A stretch of DNA of 64,000 bases from a virus. Its lineage: Duplodnaviria; Heunggongvirae; Uroviricota; Caudoviricetes. Shown here in pieces: positions 1 through 8,333 of the stretch. Both the position numbers and the translations under genes were made by a program. Position 1 is the stretch's first letter. Every line of letters starts with the position of its first letter. The stretch lies in IMG/VR virus record IMGVR_UViG_2740892229_000011; one strand, 5' to 3'. The notes beneath the pieces were generated by a model that was not told the origin of the DNA, did not search any database, and saw nothing but the letters and a program-made list of their open reading frames with translations.

Positions 1-3000
1 CGTGCAGAATCCTCAAAAACGGCAGCCGCATCGTCCGCCAGTTCGGCAGCGTCATCGGCATCATCTGCGTCTGCTTCAAAAGATGAGGCGACCAGACAGG
101 CGTCAGCAGCGAAGGGCAGCGCCACGACGGCATCCACGAAAGCAACAGAGGCGGCAGGCAGTGCGACGGCAGCATCTCAGAGCAAAACTGCTGCTGAATC
201 CGCTGCGACCCGTGCGGAAGCTGCTGCTGATCGTGCTGAAGAGATTGCCGGTGCAGTTGCGATGGAAGACGCAAGCCTTACAACTAAAGGTGTTGTGAAA
301 CTTAGCAGTGCTGTCGACAGCACCAGTGAATCGCTGGCCGCAACGCCAAAAGCAGTTAAAGTAGTCAATGACAATGCGAACAGCAGGGTGCCATCTAACC
401 GAAAAATTAACGGGAAAGCACTGACTGCGGATATCACATTAACGCCGAAAGATATTGGTACTTTAAATTCAATAACGATGTCTTTCTCTGGCGGGGCCGG
501 GTGGTTCAAACTGGCTACTGTTACAATGCCACAAGCGAGTTCCATCGTTTACATCGCATTGATTGGTGGCGCTGGTTACAACGTCGGCTCCCCACATCAG
601 GCAGGCATTTCAGAACTGGTTCTACGAGCAGGCAATGGAAACCCCAAAGGGATTACAGGTGCTTTGTGGAAGCGTACAGCTGTCGGATTAACGAATTTCG
701 CCTGGATCAACACATCCGGCGATACATATGATATTTACGTTGAGATTGGCAATTATGCGACTCGTGTAAATATCCATTGGGATTGTACTGCAAATGCGAC
801 AGTTTCTATTTATACATCGCCAACATATTCAGCTAGTAAGCCTTCCAGCGTTACCGATGGTGTTGTTTATACGATGTATAGCACACATCAGAAACCGACG
901 CCGTTAGATATTGGAGCACTGCCAACAACCGGAGGAACAGTTTCAGGTCCGTTGTCTGTTACTGGTGGGATCACCGGAACATTAAATGGTAATGCAAGTA
1001 CAGCAACGAAATTGCAGACGGCAAGATCTATCGGTGGAGTTGGTTTCGACGGTTCTGCAAATATCAACCTTCCAGGTGTAAATACTACGGGTAATCAGAA
1101 CACCACTGGTAATGCTGCAACTGCTACAAAACTTCAGACGGCAAGAACTATCGGCGGCGTGAGCTTTGATGGTACTGCGAATATTAATTTGCCAGGTGTT
1201 AATACGACTGGTAATCAGAATACAACGGGCAACGCGGCTACTGCTACGAAGTTGCAGACTGCGCGTACTATCAATGGGGTGTCGTTTGACGGCTCGGCAA
1301 ATATTTCCTTGTCGCCAGCAAATATAGGTTGCCCGGCATCTCCTACTGGTTGGTTAACTACAGGAAGTAATGGCGGAGCAATAACAACAGCACAGTTAGT
1401 GACGTTATTGCAAAATAATGGAGCATTTAACACAAAGTCATGGATTGCTCGATGTGCTTGGGCCTATGCCAATAGTGCAACCATACCAAATAGTGAAACT
1501 GGTTGTGGCGTTATTCCATTGGCAGGAGCTGTTATAGAGGTATTTAATAACGGTAGTAGCTCAAACAATTATACGATCCGTATAACAACGGCCACAACGA
1601 CGAGTGTCTCTGGTGCTCTCACTAATGCGGAGTTTATCTATGTATTTAATGGCACAGATTATTCTCCGGGATGGCGAAGAGTATATAACACGAAAAACAA
1701 ACCAACAGCCTCTGATGTCGGTGCATTACCTCTTACCGGTGGTACATTATCTGGAGGTTTGACATCTTCTGGCGAGATCATTTCAAAATATGCAAATGGT
1801 TTCCGCATTGCTTACGGTAGCTTTGGGTTCTTTATCCGTAATGATGGATCGAACACATATTTCATGCTAACAGCATCAGGAGACACATTAGGTTCATGGA
1901 ACGGTTTGCGACCTATTACAATTAATAATACCAGCGGTGCTGTATCAATTGGTAATGGACTAAATGTGACTGGTGGCGTAAATGGTAGTTTGAACGGTAA
2001 TGCTTCAACAGCTACGAAGTTGCAAACAGCGAGAAACATCAATGGTGTTAAGTTTGATGGCTCAGGCGATATCAACATTAATACATTGGTATCTCGTGGC
2101 CGAGTTACGGCGTTAAGCGGCTCTACTCAAGGCACTGCTGGCATTCAAATGTACGAGGCGTACAACAATAGCTACCCGACCACGTATGGCAACGTATTGC
2201 ACATGAAAGGTGCGAGTGCTGCTGGTGAGGGCGAGTTGCTTATTGGCTGGAGTGGTACGAGCGGTGCACATGCGCCAGTTTTCATTCGCTCACGAAGAGA
2301 TACCACAGATGCGGCATGGTCAGCGTGGGCGCAGGTATATACTGCTAAGGATTCAATCCCTGGTGTGAATACAACCGGTAATCAGAATACTACTGGTAAT
2401 GCCGCAACAGCCACAAAATTGCAGACAGCAAGGAAAATTGCTGGTGTGGCGTTTGATGGCTCTGCCGATATTACTTTGACTGCGGCTAACCTTAATGCTT
2501 ATACGAAAACAGAGGTAACAAACCTTCTAAGTTCCTATGCAAGCAGATCATCACTGACAGGCTATAGTGGCAACCTGGATATTATTGCTGAAACACTGGT
2601 TGTCAAATCAGGCGGTAGTGGAGGGTTTGCTATATGGGATATTGGCACAACTACTAGCGGTGCCAATATGTACATTGATCCAAACCCTGGTATCAATACA
2701 GTTTGGCGTTCAACATCTTCAAGGCGCTATAAAAAGGATATTGAAACATTACAAGATCGATATGCTGATGAACTTTTGTCATTAAGACCTGTTTGGTATC
2801 GTTCAATTTGTCGAGGTGACCGAAAGGATTGGGGGTATTACGGCCTTATTGCTGAAGAGGTTGGTGAGATTGCCCCGCAATATGTCCATTGGCGTGAACC
2901 AACAAATAATGATTCTCCAGAAGATATTTCCTCAAATGGTATGGTCGCTGAAGGGGTGATGTATGAGCGTTTGGTTGTACCACTCATTCATCATATTCAG

Positions 3001-3057
3001 CAATTGACCAAAAGGGTTGAGGAGCTTGAAACGAAGTTAAATTCACCTAAAGAATAA
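1..3057 (+). CDS. Tail fibre protein, 5' end truncated by the window edge; C-terminal intramolecular-chaperone (peptidase S74-like) domain
   Basis: Frame 1 is open from nt 1 with no in-frame stop before the first ATG at 262, so the gene continues upstream. Ala/Ser-rich shaft; three tandem ~40-aa repeats 'NTTGNQNTTGNAATATKLQTAR.IGGV.FDG.ANINLPGV' with a fourth degenerate copy; C-terminal 'YKKDIETLQDRYADELLSLRPVWYR...GLIAEEVGEIAP' resembles auto-cleaving tail-fibre chaperone domains. Confidence 0.8.
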   Translation, partial: RAESSKTAAASSASSAASSASSASASKDEATRQASAAKGSATTASTKATEAAGSATAASQSKTAAESAATRAEAAADRAEEIAGAVAMEDASLTTKGVVKLSSAVDSTSESLAATPKAVKVVNDNANSRVPSNRKINGKALTADITLTPKDIGTLNSITMSFSGGAGWFKLATVTMPQASSIVYIALIGGAGYNVGSPHQAGISELVLRAGNGNPKGITGALWKRTAVGLTNFAWINTSGDTYDIYVEIGNYATRVNIHWDCTANATVSIYTSPTYSASKPSSVTDGVVYTMYSTHQKPTPLDIGALPTTGGTVSGPLSVTGGITGTLNGNASTATKLQTARSIGGVGFDGSANINLPGVNTTGNQNTTGNAATATKLQTARTIGGVSFDGTANINLPGVNTTGNQNTTGNAATATKLQTARTINGVSFDGSANISLSPANIGCPASPTGWLTTGSNGGAITTAQLVTLLQNNGAFNTKSWIARCAWAYANSATIPNSETGCGVIPLAGAVIEVFNNGSSSNNYTIRITTATTTSVSGALTNAEFIYVFNGTDYSPGWRRVYNTKNKPTASDVGALPLTGGTLSGGLTSSGEIISKYANGFRIAYGSFGFFIRNDGSNTYFMLTASGDTLGSWNGLRPITINNTSGAVSIGNGLNVTGGVNGSLNGNASTATKLQTARNINGVKFDGSGDININTLVSRGRVTALSGSTQGTAGIQMYEAYNNSYPTTYGNVLHMKGASAAGEGELLIGWSGTSGAHAPVFIRSRRDTTDAAWSAWAQVYTAKDSIPGVNTTGNQNTTGNAATATKLQTARKIAGVAFDGSADITLTAANLNAYTKTEVTNLLSSYASRSSLTGYSGNLDIIAETLVVKSGGSGGFAIWDIGTTTSGANMYIDPNPGINTVWRSTSSRRYKKDIETLQDRYADELLSLRPVWYRSICRGDRKDWGYYGLIAEEVGEIAPQYVHWREPTNNDSPEDISSNGMVAEGVMYERLVVPLIHHIQQLTKRVEELETKLNSPKE

Positions 3058-3117
3058 ACAACTTCAATCGGGGCTGGAACTAAACCAGCCCCTGCTTAAA
3101 AGTATAAGGATATCTTT

Positions 3118-3372
3118 ATGAGCTATGGTGCACAGGTATGGTCGCCATCAAGACAGGAGATGGTCGATGCGTTGGCCCCTGTTTATTACCTCGATTATTT
3201 TACTCCCTCTGGTTCTGGAAGTAGAACATATGAGGTTGAGGCGGGATTGGGAATCGACTATTACATAATGGACGTAACCAATGGGAAATACACAAGTCTT
3301 ACGGTTTCTGGAAATACCATTTCATGGTCTGGAGCTAGTGGCAATTTAAACATATTGGTTTTTCAAAAATAA
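3118..3372 (+). CDS. Hypothetical protein downstream of tail fibre
   Basis: 84-aa ORF, same strand, tightly spaced after tail-fibre stop; no recognisable motif. Confidence 0.4.
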   Translation: MSYGAQVWSPSRQEMVDALAPVYYLDYFTPSGSGSRTYEVEAGLGIDYYIMDVTNGKYTSLTVSGNTISWSGASGNLNILVFQK

Positions 3373-3980
3373 TGTACGGAAGCAAGATATATCGATCTGA
3401 CGGGAAGGTCTGGATGTCTCCTTCTTTGTCTCCTATCGTTTTTCAGAGAAAGCAGGTTGTTTCTTTGTCTGGCGGGACAGAGTTTAACACCCAAATATCT
3501 CCAGATCGTTCACCGATGATTTTTGTTGCCTATTCGAAAGCTGTTTCATTAATAGCCAACAGAATAGTGCGTAACAACCAGGTGATTTACAGTTTCGGAG
3601 GTCAGGGTAGCGACTCTAGTGCCACGATATACGTATTTTCGAAAGGTATAGCCAAAAAAGAAACTTGGGGCATGAGTTTTTTCAATGCACAAGGGGAGGA
3701 AATCTATAATACGGCAAATATCCCACTTTCATTTACCTTTCTTAATAATACGGAGTGGAACAGCTCTGGAGGGCATGTTTTTGATTACCCACCAGCGATA
3801 ATCCCAACATATGCGAATGTGTTCGCTGTTCCAGTACCGGGCGGAGCCATGACAATGGTTTATGGATATGCGGCATATGGAAATACTGTTAGCTCGATAT
3901 TCGTAAACCAACTTAATGGCGGCCATAGTTTTAGCGTAAATGGCAGAGTACCGGTAATAAATAGAAATCTGTATAACTGA
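3372..3980 (+). CDS. Hypothetical protein (tail-fibre-associated position)
   Basis: 202-aa ORF whose start overlaps the stop of the previous ORF; no recognisable motif. Confidence 0.4.
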   Translation: MYGSKIYRSDGKVWMSPSLSPIVFQRKQVVSLSGGTEFNTQISPDRSPMIFVAYSKAVSLIANRIVRNNQVIYSFGGQGSDSSATIYVFSKGIAKKETWGMSFFNAQGEEIYNTANIPLSFTFLNNTEWNSSGGHVFDYPPAIIPTYANVFAVPVPGGAMTMVYGYAAYGNTVSSIFVNQLNGGHSFSVNGRVPVINRNLYN

Positions 3981-3987
3981 TGAGTAA

Positions 3988-4221
3988 ATGATGAAAAGAT
4001 TATTTCTAACAATAGCTGTTGTTCTCTCTCTTACTGGCTGCCAGAAATTGCCGACACCTATATGTTACGGTGAGGCTATCATTGGTGGACAGGAGACAGT
4101 CATACCCATATATGCTGTTAAAAAAGTGAACGACTATACCTTATACAAAGCGGGTAGCATCTATAACTGGCGATGGGTAGGAGTAGGTGCTTTCTCATCA
4201 GTCCGTTGCAATGTTGAATGA
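3988..4221 (+). CDS. Small lipoprotein
   Basis: N-terminus 'MMKRLFLTIAVVLSLTGCQ' is a signal peptide with lipobox LTGC. Confidence 0.5.
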   Translation: MMKRLFLTIAVVLSLTGCQKLPTPICYGEAIIGGQETVIPIYAVKKVNDYTLYKAGSIYNWRWVGVGAFSSVRCNVE

Positions 4222-4290
4222 TAAGTAAGTACACACCTACAACAAGAAGGTGAAATGTGATATAAATCCGCCATCCCGATTTGACTTTTC

Positions 4291-4626
4291 ATGGAGGAAA
4301 ACATGTCGAACGAGATGGCGGGCGTTACAACAGAGCAAGTTGAGCGTATTGCCGCGATCGTTGCTCGGGAGGTTGTTGGCAAATTAGGTAAAGAGCTACG
4401 TGAAGAAATTGGCCAGGAGGTCAATGATCAGCTGAAAACCTACTTTGGTGATATGACCCCGGCGCAACATAGTATTCAACACTCCAACCTGGACAAACTC
4501 CTTAACCGGTTAGATTCCATCTCCAGTGGGTTCTTTGGCGGCATTGTTTCTAAAATAACGTCGTTCATTATTACTGCACTGCTTTTGGGGTTAGCCGCGT
4601 ATGGCGTAAAAAATGGACTGCAATAA
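4291..4626 (+). CDS. Small membrane protein, possible holin-like lysis protein
   Basis: 111 aa with a single C-terminal hydrophobic helix 'ITSFIITALLLGLAAYGV'; sits immediately upstream of the putative lysis genes. Confidence 0.3.
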   Translation: MEENMSNEMAGVTTEQVERIAAIVAREVVGKLGKELREEIGQEVNDQLKTYFGDMTPAQHSIQHSNLDKLLNRLDSISSGFFGGIVSKITSFIITALLLGLAAYGVKNGLQ

Positions 4627-4639
4627 CAGGAGATCAAGG

Positions 4640-5332
4640 ATGAAGACTCCGAGAGGCATTCGTAATAATAACCCCGGTAATCTTGATAAAGGATCACCGT
4701 GGCAAGGTCTGGTTGCGAATCCAGACGAACCGCGCTTTTGCACGTTTAAAGACCCTGTTTGGGGGATTCGTGCGCTGGCGGTGACTCTAATTACCTACCA
4801 CGACAAACGTCGCGCAAAAGACGGCTCAAGTATCGATACCATTCGTGAAGTTATTGAACGTTGGGCACCGCCGAATGAAAACAACACTGACGCCTACATT
4901 AATGAGGTGTCTAAAGCCGTTGGTGTAACCGCAGACATGATCATCGATCTGCATGATTACGACATCCTTCGACCTTTGGTTGAGGCAATCATTCGCCACG
5001 AGAATGGTCGAGGTCCACTAAAAACGCTGAACACCTGGTATGCGGCAGAAGTTATTGAGGAAGGTCTGCGTCGAGCTGGCGTCGTTAAGCCGGTGAAAAC
5101 CGTGAAGGCTGTTCCTGTAACTAAAGAAACCGCTGGCGCAACTGTTACAGCAGGTATTGGTCTGGCGCAGCTGGCCGATGTTATGCCGCAGGTTTCCGCT
5201 GCTATGGATAAAGCACAAGGTCATATCTCTAGCGGGGATACAGTACGCATCATCTTCGGTATTGCCACTATTGTTGTGGCTGGATTTATCGCCTGGTCGC
5301 AGGTAAGAAGACACCAGAAAGGGATGGTCTAA
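4640..5332 (+). CDS. Putative lysis / cell-wall-associated protein with C-terminal membrane anchor
   Basis: Start chosen at ATG 4640 after RBS 'aggag'; motif 'RGIRNNNPGNL'; C-terminal TM 'IIFGIATIVVAGFIAWSQV'; directly precedes the spanin pair. Enzymatic class not established. Confidence 0.35.
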   Translation: MKTPRGIRNNNPGNLDKGSPWQGLVANPDEPRFCTFKDPVWGIRALAVTLITYHDKRRAKDGSSIDTIREVIERWAPPNENNTDAYINEVSKAVGVTADMIIDLHDYDILRPLVEAIIRHENGRGPLKTLNTWYAAEVIEEGLRRAGVVKPVKTVKAVPVTKETAGATVTAGIGLAQLADVMPQVSAAMDKAQGHISSGDTVRIIFGIATIVVAGFIAWSQVRRHQKGMV

Positions 5333-5333
5333 T

Positions 5334-5585
5334 ATGCTAGGCAGCCTGATGACAAAGCTAAAAGTTGCTTTGATTACGCTGGCTGCCGTTCTTTTCGTTC
5401 TTGTCGGCGCTTACACGATGGGCGGAAATGCGGCGCGACGAGCAATGGAAGAGAAGGCAAAACAGGAAGACAGAAAACGACTTCAAAGCACAGTGGATGT
5501 CAAAAATGAAACGGTTAATGAAGTGCGGCAAAAAGATGCCTCTGGTGTTCATCGCGAGCTGCTTGATAAATGGGTGCGTGATTAA
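5334..5585 (+). CDS. Rz-like inner-membrane spanin
   Basis: 83 aa; N-terminal TM 'LKVALITLAAVLFVLVGAY' followed by a charged helical periplasmic segment; an out-of-frame lipoprotein ORF overlaps its 3' end. Confidence 0.5.
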   Translation: MLGSLMTKLKVALITLAAVLFVLVGAYTMGGNAARRAMEEKAKQEDRKRLQSTVDVKNETVNEVRQKDASGVHRELLDKWVRD

Positions 5586-5733
5586 GACGCAGGCTCCAGG
5601 CGTGCTATTCTGCGATGCTGCAAATCCTATCTATGTGAGTAGAGAGGATTTTATGACTGAGGAAACGGAGCGACAGTTGCTTATCCACAATACGATAGGT
5701 GAAAGGCTGTGTGAGTGGGGGCACCTGAACTGA
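5518..5733 (+). CDS. Rz1-like outer-membrane lipoprotein spanin, overlapping Rz in another frame
   Basis: Within the 5401..5733 ORF; ATG at 5518 or 5536 followed by 'PLVFIASC' (lipobox IASC); overlapped Rz/Rz1 architecture. Confidence 0.45.
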   Translation: MKCGKKMPLVFIASCLINGCVIKTQAPGVLFCDAANPIYVSREDFMTEETERQLLIHNTIGERLCEWGHLN

Positions 5734-5957
5734 GGCGATGATTGATGAGTGGTCTCAGTTTACCTTTTATCCTAAAGATGGCATCTTCACTCATATACAC
5801 GCCTGTTCACTCAAGCTCATGTTGAATCATTTAGTAATTTGATGTAGATTTATTAGGCATCCACGTAAGTGGGCACATACAGGCTACGCATCCTCGTAGC
5901 CTTCAACCCCGAGAGGGGTGCCGCAATGACACTTGTGTTAACGGCTAAGGTGGACAC

Positions 5958-6341
5958 ATGCTGAACGAGAAACGTTCTATACAAACTATTCGCGATTGCA
6001 CGAGTATTATCGAGACTCATGTGCTGAATCAGCACAAGCTTGAAGTACGTAAGCTCAATAATGACGCTATTGAACCGGAAGACTCACGCTTCATCGTTAC
6101 CTTCAAAGACGATGTTGAGCGCGCTGGTGCAAGCGTGAAGCCATTAGCTGAAGCAATTTACCTGAATGGTCGTGTTCGTTTTGTAGTCAAGCCAGCTAAA
6201 CAGTACCCTGAGCTGTCTCGTTTTATCGAGGCTTTTTCGGAGGTTATTGAACATTCTATTCGCCGCTTCTTACGCAATCATGGTAGCATTGTCAGCACGG
6301 TTAAGGCTGATGATTCTGCTACAAAATGGCTCCTACACTAG
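5958..6341 (+). CDS. Hypothetical protein
   Basis: 127-aa ORF; no recognisable motif. Confidence 0.4.
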   Translation: MLNEKRSIQTIRDCTSIIETHVLNQHKLEVRKLNNDAIEPEDSRFIVTFKDDVERAGASVKPLAEAIYLNGRVRFVVKPAKQYPELSRFIEAFSEVIEHSIRRFLRNHGSIVSTVKADDSATKWLLH

Positions 6342-7078
6342 ATAGCGCATATTCAAAAGATCTAAGCGAGTTTCCTCATAAAGGGGAGACTCGTGTTCTT
6401 CGTTTTGGCTTTCTTATCAATGAAGCCTCCCTCTATAAAATCTCAGAAATTGAAATCATTGAACCAGAAGATGACATTTGCCTGTATGTCTCTATGGAAC
6501 GTGTAGGTGCGCGCGACCAAGGCGACCTGAGCGAATTCATCTTAGATCGAGCGGATGAAGATGCCCCTGAAGAAGAGATTATCAAAGAGGTGCTCCAGTC
6601 CGGGCTTCTGGACGAAAACAAAAATACGATCGCTGGTAGGATAGCTCTGCGTGAATATAGTTTTGTTGAAGACGGTAATGAGATCGAATGTTACCAGGTA
6701 GCTGGTGTCGAAACTGTCAGAGAGCGTCGTCAGCGAGGATTGTGTCACCGTACCTATCTCTTTCTTCTTCATTGGTATGAGCATTTAGTCTGCGACGATA
6801 CACAAACCATTCCTGGTGCTAAGATCTGGGCAGGGCCTCTCATGCGAACCGGCGATGTGCGTATATACAATGCCAAAACAGAAACGTTCGAAGATGTGTT
6901 AGGTGAGTACGGGATGGGGAAAGAAACCGGATTTTTGCCGTGGAACAGAGGATTGTTGCTTGATGCAGAGTTAAGCTCTTGGCTCCCAAACAAAGTGCAA
7001 GTTAACGTTCAGAAATTTATCGTACTTATCATCTCCCGCAAAACAAGAACTCCAGTAGGTTTATACCTAAAAGATTAA
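6326..7078 (+). CDS. Hypothetical protein
   Basis: 250-aa ORF overlapping the previous stop; followed by an intrinsic terminator. Confidence 0.4.
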   Translation: MAPTLDSAYSKDLSEFPHKGETRVLRFGFLINEASLYKISEIEIIEPEDDICLYVSMERVGARDQGDLSEFILDRADEDAPEEEIIKEVLQSGLLDENKNTIAGRIALREYSFVEDGNEIECYQVAGVETVRERRQRGLCHRTYLFLLHWYEHLVCDDTQTIPGAKIWAGPLMRTGDVRIYNAKTETFEDVLGEYGMGKETGFLPWNRGLLLDAELSSWLPNKVQVNVQKFIVLIISRKTRTPVGLYLKD

Positions 7079-7082
7079 AAAT

Positions 7083-7107
7083 CAGGCGACTTTGGTCGCC
7101 TTTTTTG
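7083..7107 (+). terminator. Rho-independent terminator
   Basis: Hairpin 'aggcgactttggtcgcct' followed by a T run. Confidence 0.6.
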
Positions 7108-7254
7108 TTAACAGCCATTAATTCTCGCCTAAAAATTCTAAGGCAGCACCTACCATTTAACCTTTACACCACAGCCGTAGGCATTTAGGCTATATCACAT
7201 ATAAGAAAACAAGTTGTTTCAGACGATAATTATATACGCAAAGGGAACTCTCCA

Positions 7255-7923
7255 ATGACCAAGATCTTTGTGGTTGGCGGCACAAAGGGCGGGCCTGGCA
7301 AATCCACCGTTGCCCAGCAAATTGCCGTTTGCCTGAAAGTCAAAAAGAAGAAGAAGGTTTATATTACCGATATAGATATTCAGCGCACGACAACGAGCTG
7401 GTGTGAAGACCGTCGACAGAACGAAGACCTTGAGCTGATTCCTTTTGCATACGTTCAGGATGACATCATTAAGCACCTAAAATCGCTTCAGGGTAGAGCT
7501 GAGTTTGTAGTGGTAGATGCTGGTGGCTTCGACTCCGAAATTCAGCGACAAGCGATGCTGATGGCTGACGTTATCATTATCCCGCTGCGTCCTAAGCGTC
7601 GTGATTTGAAATCTTTACGTGACATCGATCCTATTATCGACAATGTTCGCAATGTAAACGATAAAGTGAAGGTCCGCGCGGTCATGAACCAGTGCCCGGC
7701 TTTGCCATCACAAGTGTCTCGCATTCTGGCGGCTAAAGAGATTGTTGAGACGTTTGGCATCGAGTCTGCGCCAGTCAATCTATATAACCGCAACGTCTAT
7801 GATGATGCGGAAGAGTCTGGTCGTTCTATCTTTGAAATGACCGGTAGCGAGCGCGACAAAAAGGCGGAAGCCGAGTTTGAAGAATTTGTAGATTATCTGT
7901 TGAGTCTGGAGGAAGAAGAATAA
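7255..7923 (+). CDS. parA: ParA-type partition ATPase (small, type Ib-like)
   Basis: Deviant Walker A 'GGTKGGPGKST' at the N-terminus; 222 aa; followed by a small partner gene. Confidence 0.85.
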   Translation: MTKIFVVGGTKGGPGKSTVAQQIAVCLKVKKKKKVYITDIDIQRTTTSWCEDRRQNEDLELIPFAYVQDDIIKHLKSLQGRAEFVVVDAGGFDSEIQRQAMLMADVIIIPLRPKRRDLKSLRDIDPIIDNVRNVNDKVKVRAVMNQCPALPSQVSRILAAKEIVETFGIESAPVNLYNRNVYDDAEESGRSIFEMTGSERDKKAEAEFEEFVDYLLSLEEEE

Positions 7924-8282
7924 TGTCCATGAAAATGGGTGACCTAGCAAAGCGCAAAGAGCCTGATGCACCGGCTAAGAACACAACTCCTTTGCGCCAA
8001 CCAGTCAGACCACAGGGACGCCCGACTCGTGGCAAAGAGAAAATTAAAAGCCGCACAATGTCACTGGAAGACGAATACTTCGAACTGCTGGAGATGATGA
8101 AGTTCATCCCTCGCTTCGAGAAGTTCACTCGTTCTGACGTGATTCGAGCAGCCATTTTCCATCTGGCAGAGAAGTCACCGCAGGAAATCGAGGACATCGT
8201 GAAGCTTAACGAGGCGATCACAGCTGCCGACGTTACGATGCGTACCGATGAAATTAAACGAGAGTTGATGAAGAAAGGTTGA
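7923..8282 (+). CDS. Small partition partner (ParB/ParG-like centromere-binding protein)
   Basis: 119 aa, start overlaps parA stop; basic, apparently disordered N-terminus; position is diagnostic rather than sequence. Confidence 0.5.
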   Translation: MSMKMGDLAKRKEPDAPAKNTTPLRQPVRPQGRPTRGKEKIKSRTMSLEDEYFELLEMMKFIPRFEKFTRSDVIRAAIFHLAEKSPQEIEDIVKLNEAITAADVTMRTDEIKRELMKKG

Positions 8283-8333
8283 TTATATTGGGCGTTTGTT
8301 ACGCCCAATATATGAATTAAAGGATTGATACTA

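Noticed and set aside
2-298. 98-aa Arg/Gln-rich ORF at the window start on the plus strand
   Set aside because: It lies in frame 2 over the 5' part of the tail-fibre gene, whose frame 1 is open from nt 1. The low-complexity basic translation looks like an alternative-frame artefact of the Ala/Ser-rich fibre sequence.
177-545. 122-aa minus-strand ORF overlapping the tail-fibre gene
   Set aside because: Antisense shadow ORF inside a strongly supported coding region; no independent signals.
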